NCBI GenBank assembly: GCA_964016885.1
Contig: OZ024742.1
Location: forward strand, 304,110,001-304,174,000
DNA: 64,000 bases
Direction of reading: 5' to 3'
Source: Eledone cirrhosa
Lineage: Eukaryota
How positions within the stretch are numbered: the first letter of the stretch is position 1; every line of letters starts with the position of its first letter. This document shows positions 12,721 through 26,596 of this stretch, piece after piece. Under the pieces are notes generated by a model. That model was not told the origin of the DNA, did not search any database, and saw only the letters and a program-made list of their open reading frames with translations. A program made the translations under genes and the position numbers.

Positions 12721-13525
12721 TGTCTTATTCTTTTTTTTTCAAATATTGTTTTCTGACATTAGAAAAAAATAACAATAAAATAAGATGCAAGTTAGAAGTG
12801 ATACTAACACCAAAAACTGAACCGAGATTTCAACACAAAGAATAATATATGAAACAGCAGCAAAAAAACAATGAAAAATTCACTCTGGGAGCAATGAACA
12901 ACCTCGATTTTATTATTTTCATCATCACCGTTACTATTATTATTGTGATGATGATGATGATGATAATGATGATGGTGATGATGATGATGATGTTGTTTAT
13001 GAAGATGGTGGTGTGGAGGTTGGTGATGATGACGATGATGATGATGGTGGTGTGGAGGATGGTGATGATGATGATAATGACGATGATGATGATGATGATG
13101 ATGATGATGACGATGATGATGATGATGATGAGAATGATGGTGTTGACCACTATCAAAAACAAAAAAAATCAATTAGAAATATTAAAACCGCACACCAAAT
13201 CCATCAACCCCTCACCCCACCCAACCCCACAACCAAAAACAAAATTATCAAAATCGTCATCATCATCATCATTATCATCATCATCATCATCATCATCATC
13301 GTCGTTGTCGTCGTCGTAATCGGAAAAAACAATACAATAACAATTAGACACTTGTAACGCTGAATGCAAATGTATCGTCAATGTTAACTTGAATTCCGTT
13401 GTCAATATCTTTACCATGATTATCATAATCATCATCATCATCATAAACCACATCAACAACAACAATATCAATACCAAATCGTCGGATTCTTATCTTTATT
13501 CTAATCAGCATCACTTACAGCAAGA

Positions 13526-13683
13526 GCGCATGGCTTAGTGAAGGCACATGGCTTAGTGGTTAGAGCATTGGCCTTGCAATCGAAAGGTTGTGAGTTCAAT
13601 TCTCGGACCGGGTGATGTGTTGTTTCCTTGAGCAAGACACTTTATTTCACCTTGCTCCAGTTTACTCAGCTGTAGAAATGGGA
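13526..13683 (+). mobile_element. tRNA-derived CORE-type SINE (second family)
   Basis: TGGCTTAGTGG (A box), GAGTTCAATTC (B box), then TTCCTTGAGCAAGACACTT...CTCAGCTGTAGAAATGGG, which resembles the CORE-SINE domain. The 5' GC(G/A)CATGGCTTAGTG is duplicated. Confidence 0.7.
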
Positions 13684-13870
13684 TAGGACTGGGGTCTCTA
13701 TCATTAAATTACCCAAGATACCTCCAACGAGATATACCTTGGAGGAGGCCAGCTAAACTTGCATAGGTGTGAGCTGTCACACACACACAGCAAGAGCATC
13801 GTTTTCAAACGACGTAGGTAAATATTGGGTATTCTACTGTAATATATTTTTGAGACGAGGAATTATTTAC

Positions 13871-14088
13871 ATTATATACATTGGACGGATAGGTGTCCTC
13901 TTGTCCAACGTTTCGGCTGATGTACTCTCCAGCCTTCATCAGGTGGTGTCCTAGTGATTTTATTATTAAGGTTGTTCAGGTCACTTAATAATAACATCAC
14001 TATGACACTTGATGAAGGCTGGAGAGCCGAAACGTTGTGTTAACAACAAAACAAGATGAGGACACCTATCCGTCCAATGTATATAATT
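13871..14088. mobile_element. Head-to-head inverted PLE pLTR fragments, each with a minimal HHR
   Basis: ATTATATACATTGGACGGATAGGTGTCCTC and its reverse complement GAGGACACCTATCCGTCCAATGTATATAAT bound the element. Minus HHR CTGATGA-A-GGCTG..CAGCC-GAAAC-GTT at 13904-13948; plus HHR at 14004-14041. Confidence 0.75.
14004..14041 (+). ncRNA. Minimal type I HHR variant (C3U, extra A after the core)
   Basis: GACAC-TTGATGA-A-GGCT-GGAG-AGCC-GAAAC-GTT^GTGTT. Stem I ACAC/GTGT; palindromic ACGT stem III. Confidence 0.6.
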
Positions 14089-14357
14089 AGGTATTCTGTT
14101 TATAATATTTATCAACAGCAACATATTCAAAACAATCAACAACTTTTTCAAAACTTTTTCAAAACTAACATCACAGTCGTAGTTTTCTGAGTTTTACTTT
14201 TGTCTTTCTCTGTTTTCATCATCATAACAGTTTCACTACGATAATGTTATCCTGTAAAGACAGAAAACAGAAACCGATTCTAGAATTCTTATTAATTTAT
14301 TGTTCTCTTTACACATACTTGTGAACACATTTTATTAATCACAATTATCTTTCATTC

Positions 14358-14757
14358 GGATTGGCAGTATCGGTAGAGCGTCAGACAACATGCTTTGCAG
14401 CATAGAGTTACGGCTCTTTCCATTCTGAGTTCAAATACCTCCGAGGTTAACTTTGCCTTTCATCCTACGGGGTTTGATAAAATAAAGTACCAGTAATGCA
14501 CTGGGTAATTGCTGGCCTTGTGCCAAAAGTAGAAACTATTATTATTATCATTGTTATTGTTGTTGAGTGTCGATAGAGGGTCGGACGCCATGCTTTGACG
14601 TATAGAGTTACGGCCCTTGTCATTCTGAGTTCAAATCCCACCGAGGTTAACTTTGCCTTTTAACTTCATCATTACGGGGTCGATAAAATAAAGTACCAGT
14701 AATGCACTGGGTAATTGCTGGCCTTGTGCCAAAAGTAGAAACAATTATTATTATTAT
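14358..14757 (+). mobile_element. Two tandem SINE S1 copies (14358-14547, about 14567-14757)
   Basis: Match the S1 consensus and end in (TTA)n tails. Confidence 0.88.
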
Positions 14758-15757
14758 TGTTATCATCATCATCCTCAACATCATTATCATCATCATCATT
14801 ATTGCTGTTTGGATTTTGCTTTGTATATGTACGTGCTGACTCCAAGTCACACCCACAGACCTCAAGGGACAGAAAGTTATAAGTTCAATCAAGCATTATG
14901 ACTAGGATGGTTAATAACTGTCATGTTGTGTGTAGGATGTAGTTCAGTGATAGGAATTGGTATTTTAATTGAGTTCCTTTGGATTCTAAGAAGTAATGTT
15001 TTAGAAAATGTCTGTCAAAACATAAGAACATTATAAGTTTGTTTAAAAGTATTTATTTGTTTGGTGCTAAAATGATAATATGATAGTAAAATAACTATAA
15101 AAGATTATTTGCTAGTATGTACTTTTAATGGTACTTCTGATATGTGAAAAAAAAGCTTGTTTTGGAATTACATAGACATTATTTTGCATAGGATATGAAC
15201 AGTCACCATGACTACTAGTTTTCTGAATTTCTTCCATTTTGAGATTTCTTGGATTTGAGATAGGAAACAATCAGTTGCTTTTGTTATTATTCGTAAGTCA
15301 TCAACAACGATGGTTATTGTTCTACGCCCTGCGTTTCCATATTTTGCCAGTTTCTATTTAAAAACGTTTTATTTACTAAATTTTGATTGATCTTCACAGA
15401 TATATTTATATTGATTAGGACAGGCATACTGTTGGGGAGGCATGTCTCTATCTATAAAACAAACTTTGATTGTATCTGATGAAAGCGTACCAATGTTGTC
15501 TTGGTTACCCTTGAAATATATATAATAAAATAAATATGGTTTTATAAATATAGTTTCCATTTATTTAATATCATTGTATATATATATATATTCATTCAGG
15601 TTTGTTAGTTCACCAATAGATAGAACTGGTCATTCCGTATAGTCAAACGTGATGTAATATTAGGAAGAGCACTCGACGTAATGTAACTCACCCGTCTTCG
15701 TATGCGTTGTTGGTGGTGCGAGTACGGAGTTAATTATTAATAATTATTATTAATGAT

Positions 15758-15940
15758 GGATTGGCAGTATCGGTAGAGGGTCGGACGCCATGCTTTCCAG
15801 CATAGTTACGTCCCTTTACCATCTGAGTTCAAATCCCGCCGAGGTTGACTTTGCCTTTCATCCTTACGGGGTCGATAAAATAAAGTACCAGTAATGCACT
15901 GGTAATTGCTGGCCTTGTGCCTAAAGTAGAAACAATTATT
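15758..15940 (+). mobile_element. SINE S1, full length, with TSD ATTATTAATGATG
   Basis: A and B boxes present; flanking direct repeat. Confidence 0.9.
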
Positions 15941-16033
15941 AATGATGATGTCACCGGATTCATACTGAACCCGGTCATTGAAATGTTCATAGTATAACAA
16001 ACCTTTAAGGAATTATACCAGTCCAGCCTCCTG

Positions 16034-16067
<34 letters not shown>

Positions 16068-16177
16068 AGAGAGAGAGAGAGCGAGAGAGAGAGAGAGAGA
16101 GAAAAAAGGAAATTTCATTTCTTACTCTTAGTACGCCTGATACTTTATATATAAGTATGTATAGGTACATACATATA

Positions 16178-16821
16178 TGTATACAGACGTACAATAGTAT
16201 GTATATACATACTACATGCACTTTATGTATGTATAAACATGCATGTATAAACATGTATGTATAAACATGCACTTTATGTATATACATACTACTGTACGTC
16301 TGTATACATTTTTATACGTAATTTTAAACACACGATTTGCTGTGTTTATCACTACATATATTAATATAATGCTCAGTATTTATACTTTGAGCTTGTTAAT
16401 TACAGGGTATAGTTATGAGTTATTAACTCTGCCTTTTATTTGTATTTTGGCTCCCTAACTGCATGAGCTTATAAGTTGGGTGTATTCAGGCTATTGTTTC
16501 TAGCCAATCCACTCACACCACTTTTGACTTCTAGCACACGAGGTGAAATATTCATTCGTGTGGCTTTTAGTCTTTGGTGTTTGTTGCATTTAATCTAATT
16601 CTCTCGCTGATGATTCTCACGGATTACCTGTTGCAAACACAATTCTCAGGGCGAAACAGATTAAATCCCTAATCTGTCCGGGAGATGTAATAGTTATTGA
16701 AGCGGTCTGTATATATTTTATTTTATGTATTTTCCGTTTGCTTCTGGTTAAATTTTTCAAACAAATGTGGTATTTCAACCCTCGTAATTTTAAACACACG
16801 ATTTGCTGCGTTTATCACTAC
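16178..16821 (+). mobile_element. Retrozyme-like element family R466: 466-bp monomer, 39-bp terminal redundancy, 5' fold-back
   Basis: CGTAATTTTAAACACACGATTTGCTG.GTTTATCACTAC at 16317-16355 and 16783-16821 (offset 466). HHR at 16600-16685. Inverted pair TGTATACAGACGTACA / TGTACGTCTGTATACA within 16178-16308. Confidence 0.65.
16600..16685 (+). ncRNA. Type I hammerhead ribozyme (R466)
   Basis: TCTCTCG-CTGATGA-TTCT...AGGGC-GAAAC-AGATTA-AATCCC-TAATCT-GTC^CGGGAGA. Stem I is 7 bp and stem III 8 bp. The base of stem II is imperfect, possibly from a lost G. Confidence 0.7.
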
Positions 16822-16988
16822 TAATTTTAGACTTAGATATATATATATATATATATATATCTAAGTCCAAAATTAAGATAAATGAATTAAATGAATTTAA
16901 TCTAAATCGAAATCATGGGTGTCATGACATAATGCATGCGCCATATATCCTGAGAGTTTAAGCTCAAAGATAAATAAATCTGAGCATT

Positions 16989-17130
16989 TAATAACTAGAG
17001 ATTGATTAACATATACAAATACATGAATAATCACAGGAGATAATCTAAGCTTGCTATGCGTGGTTACACGCAAGCTTAGATTATCTCCTGTGATTATTCA
17101 TGTATTTTTATATGTTAATCAATCTCTAGT

Positions 17131-17193
<63 letters not shown>

Positions 17194-17537
17194 TTAGTTA
17201 AGCAAAACAAGACCACAAATTTCACAAGGAAGACATTAGTAAAAGATTGTCAACATAGTTTTAAAATCTATGTTGACAATCTTTTAGTAATGTATTCCTT
17301 GTGAAATTTGTGGTCTTGTTTTGCTTAACTAATGAATATTTCCAGCTCTGTGCACTTAACCTCTGCATGAACCCAGCCACCTAGCTGCCTTCCACTGCAT
17401 ATTGCACATTGAGCACATGCCTTTACGCTTTGGCTTCTAACTAATTCACCAATCTCTCTTCTCCTCTCCTATCTCCTCTCCTATCTCCATCTCTCTCTTT
17501 AAGATTGGTTACTCTTGAACTGTGTATACACACACAG

Positions 17538-17588
<51 letters not shown>

Positions 17589-17777
17589 AATATACACGGG
17601 TGTGTATGATTGTGTATAGAAGATTATATTAATAAAAGGAATTCCAACTTTGTCTGATTTACTCGTTTTATTTACACTTAACATTTAATACTCTACCATA
17701 TATTTCTATTATAATTTTAAAGGATTGTAAATAAAACGAGTAAATCAGACAAAGTTGGAATTCCTTTTATTAATATA
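16989..17777. repeat. Cluster of three short palindromes next to (TA)n (16989-17135, 17190-17337, 17625-17777)
   Basis: Inverted arms of 50-70 bp visible directly. An arm of 17190-17337 recurs diverged at about 30122-30190. Confidence 0.85.
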
Positions 17778-17797
17778 TATATATATATATATATACA

Positions 17798-17966
17798 CCG
17801 GAAGAGGGTCGGACGCCATGCTTTGGAGCATAGAGTTATGTCTCTTTACGTTCTGAGTTCAAATCCCTCCGAGGTTGACTTTACCTTACATCCTTACGGG
17901 TTCGATAAAATAAAGCAACAGTAATGCACTGGGTGTAATTGTTGGCCTTGTGACAAAAGTAGAAAC

Positions 17967-17971
<5 letters not shown>
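17798..17971 (+). mobile_element. SINE S1 (slightly 5'-truncated) inside (TA)n
   Basis: Matches the consensus. Confidence 0.85.
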
Positions 17972-18045
<74 letters not shown>

Positions 18046-18061
18046 TATATGTGGGGGGGGG

Positions 18062-18103
<42 letters not shown>

Positions 18104-20972
18104 AAGTGTGAGTGCGCGTGTCAGTTTGCGTTTGTGAGCTTGTTTGTCGTCTGTTTATGCATTGTATATGTTTATGTTTGTATTTCCATTCTATATTTCC
18201 CTTCTTTCCGCATTCAACCATATTCTTACTTTATTTTATTATTTTACTTTATTTCTTGTTCTCTGTCTCTCCCTCTCTCTCTATCAGTTGATTTATCTCT
18301 CCATATCACTTAATTTCTGTAATTTTGCTTTCTTTTCTCATTCTTGTTTTCATATTACCAATCAATTCCTTTCACACACATATATTCACTCTCTTTTATT
18401 TGTTCTAATTCATCCATTCTCGCTCTCTCTATCACGTTCTCCCTCTTTCTATATATCTCTCTCTATCTCTCTCTCTCTACCACACCTTCTCTATCTCCAT
18501 CCCTCTCTTAATTTCCACCCGACCTAATAATTAGAATCCTTTCAATACGCAGGTTATATCGAAGTAGAGGGAAGACCGTATGAAATATGAACGGTGTATT
18601 TTCTTTTCTCCACATGATCCATTCTATCAGTTATATGTGCAACCAAAATTTAATTAACTGTGTAATTAATTAATAGTTTCATTAATATGTTAACTAATAT
18701 GTTAATTAAAAATTGTTTTCCACGATATATGCATGATCATTTTTCATTTTCTATCCAGAAATCACTGGAAGAATCATTTTATATTCGAATAAATATTTGT
18801 GTAAAGAAACGAACGACGGTGTGATTGAAATACCAGGATATGAATTTCTTGGGTTGCGGTGACTTTCAATTTCTTGTTAGAGAAATACACCATTAGTAAT
18901 AAAATATTTGTGATGATCTCGAAAAGACAATCTGCAAGCAAATGTCCGACGTTTAATCTTTTCAAGAGCCATATGAACCATAAACAGAGGCAATAACTAT
19001 GGTGTTCTACTAGTTTCTAATTCTTAAGTTGAATTACGCACTTGGATATGCACAAAATACATTGTCTCTTATTACGTCTATATGACTTAGCTCCGATACA
19101 ATGCTCAATTCCAGTGTGTAGTTCATCTTCTTAATTTACGGCTCCCAAACAAACCGGGAAAATGATGTTTCATTTCTTATATTTAAGATCCTATAAGTAA
19201 TTTAGTGGTAGAAGAGAGGTGTCTGACGTGTGTTGAAATGTTTTATATACATTTAAAATCCCGTCACTTATAATATCCTGGAGTTATAGGAATATAAATG
19301 TTGCATTTTGTTCAAATTTAGAATTATGATTAAGTTGATGTTATATCATGTTAAGGAAGTTATGGGTTATGTAAAATTTGTTTTCAAAAAATTATAAATA
19401 TTAATGGTGTCCTAATGGATATTGCATAGAATTCATGATGGTAGAAGTGTTTGATTTATAATTTACAGGTCGGTCTGCTTTTGAGATAACTAAAGCTAAG
19501 TTATAATGATGTTTTTCTTTTACTGTTCCTATCAGTTACTTTACTGCATACATAAATGTAGGAACTATGTCAAATATTTTATTTACTTACTTGTGTATTA
19601 TTGTTGATTTATTTCCTTCTCTGTTCCTTCATTCGAATATTACAAATCCGTAATCAAACACATACATATCATGACCTATGTCAAATATAATATTCGATTG
19701 CAACTTAATACGGTTGCATGCACCAGTAATCAATTCAGTCGTATTCAATCGTATGCACCTTTTCGTCATTCATTAATGAGAGTTACGCAAAGGTTCTTCA
19801 ATCTACATACATGTCAAATAGACACGTATAAGACACCTAAACACTCCGTCATTTCTGCAATCATCTAACCCAGTCTGTGTGCGCAGCAGTTAGCGAAAAC
19901 TACAGAAAATGATCACAATGTGAAGCAAACAATACGATTATAGAAATTATGGTTTATGATCTTCACATAATAAACACTTGTTAACAATACAAATACACGC
20001 ATGCATGTTTGGATACGAATATTTGTCTGTGACTGTTCATGTTGTATTTACGGGCAGCGTGATGAAAATTTGAATACGTCATACTGAGCAGGTGTTGACA
20101 CATGCAATCAATAACCATACTTTAAGATCTAAATATACAGTAGCACGGTTTATACATACATACACAATCACAGACAAACGCGTGCACACACACACATACT
20201 CACGCATACTCTCACACACACAAACGTGAATACAATCACAGATACACACACACATACACACACACACAAACACACACACAAACATACATACTTACATACA
20301 CTTTTACAGGCACACGCAGATAAACATATGCAACAGAGGCTCAAACACACAAACAGTCACACACATGTATGCGTGGGAGAATGCACACACGGATATTCTA
20401 GACATAAAGTACTCATCTGTGGATTTGAAATTATATGCTTGGATATTCCTGTATATATTTATGCTTCCATGCGGGCCTATCTATCAATTTGTTTGCACGT
20501 ATGCATCTATTTATATATGTGCCTGTGATAATGTTATATGTGCTACTCTTTATGACATGAAATAAATATGCAAACAGAAGGCAACATAATAATCCACATT
20601 GTCACATATTAATACTTCTACTTTACACTTGGAAAGTCACACGAGTTTAAACATTTGCTCACACATATATACAGACATTGTATAGGAATTTTATACTGTC
20701 ACACATATCTCATATACATACAGACACATACTTGTCACATATACTGACACACACGATGTATGTGCAAATGCACACAAATCATATACAGACACACCTAAGA
20801 AATATACATGGACACACATAACATCACACACATATGCATGTATATCTATAGAATCATTGACATATGATATTTAACTTGCTCACTCTATCTATCTCACTTT
20901 CTTTCTCAATATATATATATCTTGCTACCTAGCTCCCTGTCTTTTTATCTATCTATCAGCTCAGCCTACCAA

Positions 20973-21019
<47 letters not shown>

Positions 21020-21229
21020 CTGTGAGTGTGATATAGTTAAATAAAACTTGATATGGGGTGAAGGCAGGTAGAAATATTTAATATTTAAGTTGTATCTCCC
21101 CATCATACACACAATTAGGATATTCTCTGCAAGGCACGTCACAGTTCCTCACTCAGGCGGCAATGCTTCCATCAGATTTCATTCTACAGCCTTGCTAAAA
21201 AGATAGAAAATTTTAGACGGTGTAATCAT

Positions 21230-23102
<1,873 letters not shown>

Positions 23103-24275
23103 AGAGAGAGATAGATAAAGTAAATCAAAGAACGCCTATATACTTATACAATTGTATTCGCTAATAGTGTTTCATCCATACCGTGGGGCAGGAAACATCA
23201 GAGCGTAAGAAACAAAAATATAGTGCTGAATATAAGCCCTACCAAGCTTAGTCACCAGAACAGTAGAGAAACAGTACAGCGTAGCAAGAGGGAGATTGGA
23301 GGTGAGAAGGATGGAGAGAATGCGTACTGGGTTTATTAACATCATAGCAAAACATGATAATACAAGAACTCAGGCAGATTTTCTCACAAGAGACTGAGGC
23401 ATGTGAAGGCACACAAAAGCAATCAAAAGCACTTAAAGATAATTTAAAAAAATAATAATAATAATTTAAAAAAATTAAAAATAATTAAAAATAATTAAAC
23501 ATAATTAAAAATAATTAAAAAAAATTAAAAGAATTAAAAGAAATTAACAAAAATAAAAATTAAAAATTAAAAAAATAATAATAATAAAATAATAATAAAA
23601 TAATAAAAAAATAATAATAAATTAATAAAATAATAAATAAAGATAATTAAAAATACTTAAGAAAATAATTTAAAAAATATATAATAATAATTAAACAAAA
23701 GGGAGAAGAAAAAAAGAAATTGAGGCATGTGAAGGCCCACAAAAGCAACAAAGGAGGGTATGCATTGATTACTATAGAAGACAGGTGATTTAGTTACCCA
23801 TGCTTTAGAGTCATAGAAATAATATGAGATCCTTAAGATATCTTCAGAAGGTCTAGAGGGGATTTTATCCCCCCCCCCCCATATTATGCGCAATCAGGGT
23901 ATAGCAGTAGGTTCTGGAATTATGTGGACAAGAGGTGTTAAACTTGCACATGGACAGGCACCACACCGATATAACCAAACACAGACAAACCGGGGTTAAT
24001 GCATAAACAAGCTGAAGCAATCAATACACAACAAACATGGTTTAGTCACTATATATATATATATATATAGATATATATATGAAAACAGGGAGACAGAGAC
24101 GATTATGAGGAAGAAAAATATATTTTTTTCCCTTTTTGTTTCTCTCTCTCTTTTTTCTGGGTTAGAAAATGATTAAAACGAAATGTTTTACTTTGTGTGA
24201 AGTGTTAAGGTATTAGTTGATTTATTTATTATTTAACAATGGCATTTATTTATCTATTTATATATTTAATTATTG

Positions 24276-24306
<31 letters not shown>

Positions 24307-24312
<6 letters not shown>

Positions 24313-24751
24313 ATAAATTAACGGAGCCACAGACACTCGCCATTCCCTGTAAATAATGGTTTTGGGCTGCCCTTTCTAGCAGCTCACCCTCAGAGGCCAC
24401 TGGTTCATTGCCCTTAAACACGCTGTGACTTCTCTCTCCCACGTGTAGCTGGACAGTCACTTTTAAAATACTCTTGGTGTTGTCTGAAATGTATGGCCTC
24501 GCACACGCTGAGGAGCAGGGGTTGTTCCATTTCTGTCAACAACTTACTGGCGAGACAGATCTCTTTGGATTTGTACGTGTGTTATATAGTTGTGGAGGTA
24601 TTTATTTACGCTTTAGTTTATATTTTTAATTATCGTGTCTGTAGTCTGCCTTTCATAGGTTATAGATTCCATACACTGGTGGTTTTTCCCTGTTTTATTG
24701 ATACCGCACTGAATTTCTCTCTCTCTAGTGTGTTGCCTTTTCAACATATTG

Positions 24752-24757
<6 letters not shown>
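24307..24757. mobile_element. Small non-coding element in (TA)n, homologous to 62462-62706, with a degenerate HHR-like motif
   Basis: ATCACGATAAATTAAC.GAGCCA.AGAC.CTCGC.ATTCCCTGT.AATAATG and ACTGGTGGTTTTTCCCTGTTTTATTGATA...CAACATATTGT are shared with 62462-62706. CTGAGGA-GC..GTTGTT...AACAAC..GC-GAGAC at about 24508-24556. Confidence 0.6.
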
Positions 24758-24817
<60 letters not shown>

Positions 24818-25389
24818 TTAGAAACACACAGATACATGCGGACACACACATATATACATGAATGCATCCGCACCCAACTGTGAGTTAAGGGTGCCAACTT
24901 CACCGATGATACATTTTATTACTAATTATATCTAAATGTTTCTTCTCTCTTCATAATGTATTTTTAACTCTGATACTGGTTCAGTCTGGTTCAAACTGAA
25001 TTGGTCTGTCCCAGTCATTCATTGAGCAACATCGGTGAAGTTGGCACCCTTAACTCACAGTTGGGTGCGGATGCATTCATGTATATATGTGTGTGTCCGC
25101 ATGTATCTGTGTGTTTCTAAATGTATTAATAACTCCCTCTGGTCGAGCAATCTTTGAAGTGTGGGGACAATTGGAAAGCTTCCATTACTCATACTTCTCG
25201 CCTTCTTCACTACCTCTTCTACGGCCTCGATATGAATACCCCCTCCGCCTCCGTGGTATTTTTTTCGTGGTTATAAGAGGCTTAGCTCTGTTTCTCGACC
25301 GTTATATCGCGTGACTATCTCCCCCTCCGCCTTTTGGGATTCTTTCTCACGTCGTGTAGACGCGTTCTTGAGACTAGTAAAATGAGGTA

Positions 25390-25477
25390 TCCTCTTGATA
25401 AGTCGGCAGACCTCGCAAGGACTCTATATTTTTGATATATTGTTTTTGTTTATGCCACGAAACTACGTAGTCGAGGA
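25390..25477 (+). ncRNA. Type I hammerhead ribozyme, U3-A8 core variant (R591, copy 1)
   Basis: TCCTC-TTGATAA-GT(C)GGCA...TGCCAC-GAAAC-TACGTA-GTC^GAGGA. Stem I TCCTC/GAGGA; palindromic stem III ACTACGTAGT; predicted cleavage after 25472. Confidence 0.75.
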
Positions 25478-25980
25478 ATTTAGGAACAGTTTAGGTATGA
25501 TACATTTTATTACTAATTATATCTAAATGTTTCTTCTCTCTTCATAATGTATTTTTAACTCTGATACTGGTTCAGTCTGGTTCAAACTGAATTGGTCTGT
25601 CCCAGTCATTCATTGAGCAACATCGGTGAAGTTGGCACCCTTAACTCACAGTTGGGTGCGGATGCATTCATGTATATATGTGTGTGTCCGCATGTATCTG
25701 TGTGTTTCTAAATGTATTAATAACTCCCTCTGGTCGAGCAATCTTTGAAGTGTGGGGACAATTGGAAAGCTTCCATTACTCATACTTCTCGCCTTCTTCA
25801 CTACCTCTTCTACGGCCTCGATATGAATACCCCCTCCGCCTCCGTGGTATTTTTTTCGTGGTTATAAGAGGCTTAGCTCTGTTTCTCGACCGTTATATCG
25901 CGTGACTATCTCCCCCTCCGCCTTTTGGGATTCTTTCTCACGTCGTGTAGACGCGTTCTTGAGACTAGTAAAATGAGGTA

Positions 25981-26068
25981 TCCTCTTGATAAGTCGGCAG
26001 ACCTCGCAAGGACTCTATATTTTTGATATATTGTTTTTGTTTATGCCACGAAACTACGTAGTCGAGGA
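25981..26068 (+). ncRNA. Type I hammerhead ribozyme, U3-A8 variant (R591, copy 2)
   Basis: Same as copy 1, shifted by 591. Predicted cleavage after 26063. Confidence 0.75.
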
Positions 26069-26596
26069 ATTTAGGAACAGTTTAGGTATGATACATTTTA
26101 TTACTAATTATATCTAAATGTTTCTTCTCTCTTCATAATGTATATATATATATATATATTTACAAGCTGAAGCAATCAATACACAACAAACATGGTTTAG
26201 TCACTATATATATATATATATATATATAATAGAAACGTTAACCACAGACACAGCAACAGTGACCACAGTAGTAATAACGGTAACAATACGAACAACAACA
26301 ACAATAACCACAGTGGTAATAATGGAAATAGTACATGTAGCAACATCAACAAAAACAAGAAACATAATAATAGTAACAACCACAATGGTAGAAATAGCAG
26401 TAACAACAACAACAATAACGGTGAAGTAAACAACAATACATCTAGCAATCATAATAAAAATAATAATAATGCTAATGATAGAAACAACAACAACCACCAT
26501 GATAACAATAATAGCAACACACACAACTATGACGATAGAAATAACGACAACCCCTTAGAGAAACTATTTTTCAACCCAGCTGACAAAACATATAAG

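Larger units (their letters stand above)
24813..26142 (+). mobile_element. Retrozyme-like element family R591: 96-bp 5' inversion plus about 2.1 tandem 591-bp monomers, two HHRs
   Basis: Units start at 24906, 25497 and 26088. 24813-24908 is the reverse complement of 25030-25125. Flanked by (TA)n. HHRs at 25390-25477 and 25981-26068. Confidence 0.85.

Noticed and set aside
12804-13477. Poly-His, poly-Asp and poly-Met ORFs (also 9427-10101)
   Set aside because: These are translations of (ATC/GAT)n microsatellites, open in several frames on both strands.
13541-13612. tRNA gene
   Set aside because: The tRNA-like A/B boxes run straight into a CORE-SINE body; no complete cloverleaf or terminator.
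23395-23750. Direct repeat TGAGGCATGTGAAGGC.CACAAAAGCAA around a 290-bp A/T tract as another retrozyme
   Set aside because: The interior is low-complexity (TAAAA)n with no ribozyme motif.
25087-25314. 75-aa ORF in the R591 unit (duplicated at 25678-25905) as a retrozyme-encoded protein
   Set aside because: It starts in a TA/TG microsatellite-like patch and has no recognisable motif. Identity between the copies only reflects the tandem duplication.
24906-25496. Ambisense (viroid-like) second ribozyme on the opposite strand of R591
   Set aside because: No minus-strand HHR core found by eye. Other ribozyme classes could not be excluded without covariance-model searches.
24906-26142. R591 as the upstream pLTR of the adjacent Naiad
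   Set aside because: No similarity to the Naiad's own 3' end (28957-29498), and the two are separated by TA tracts and the 44-bp repeat.
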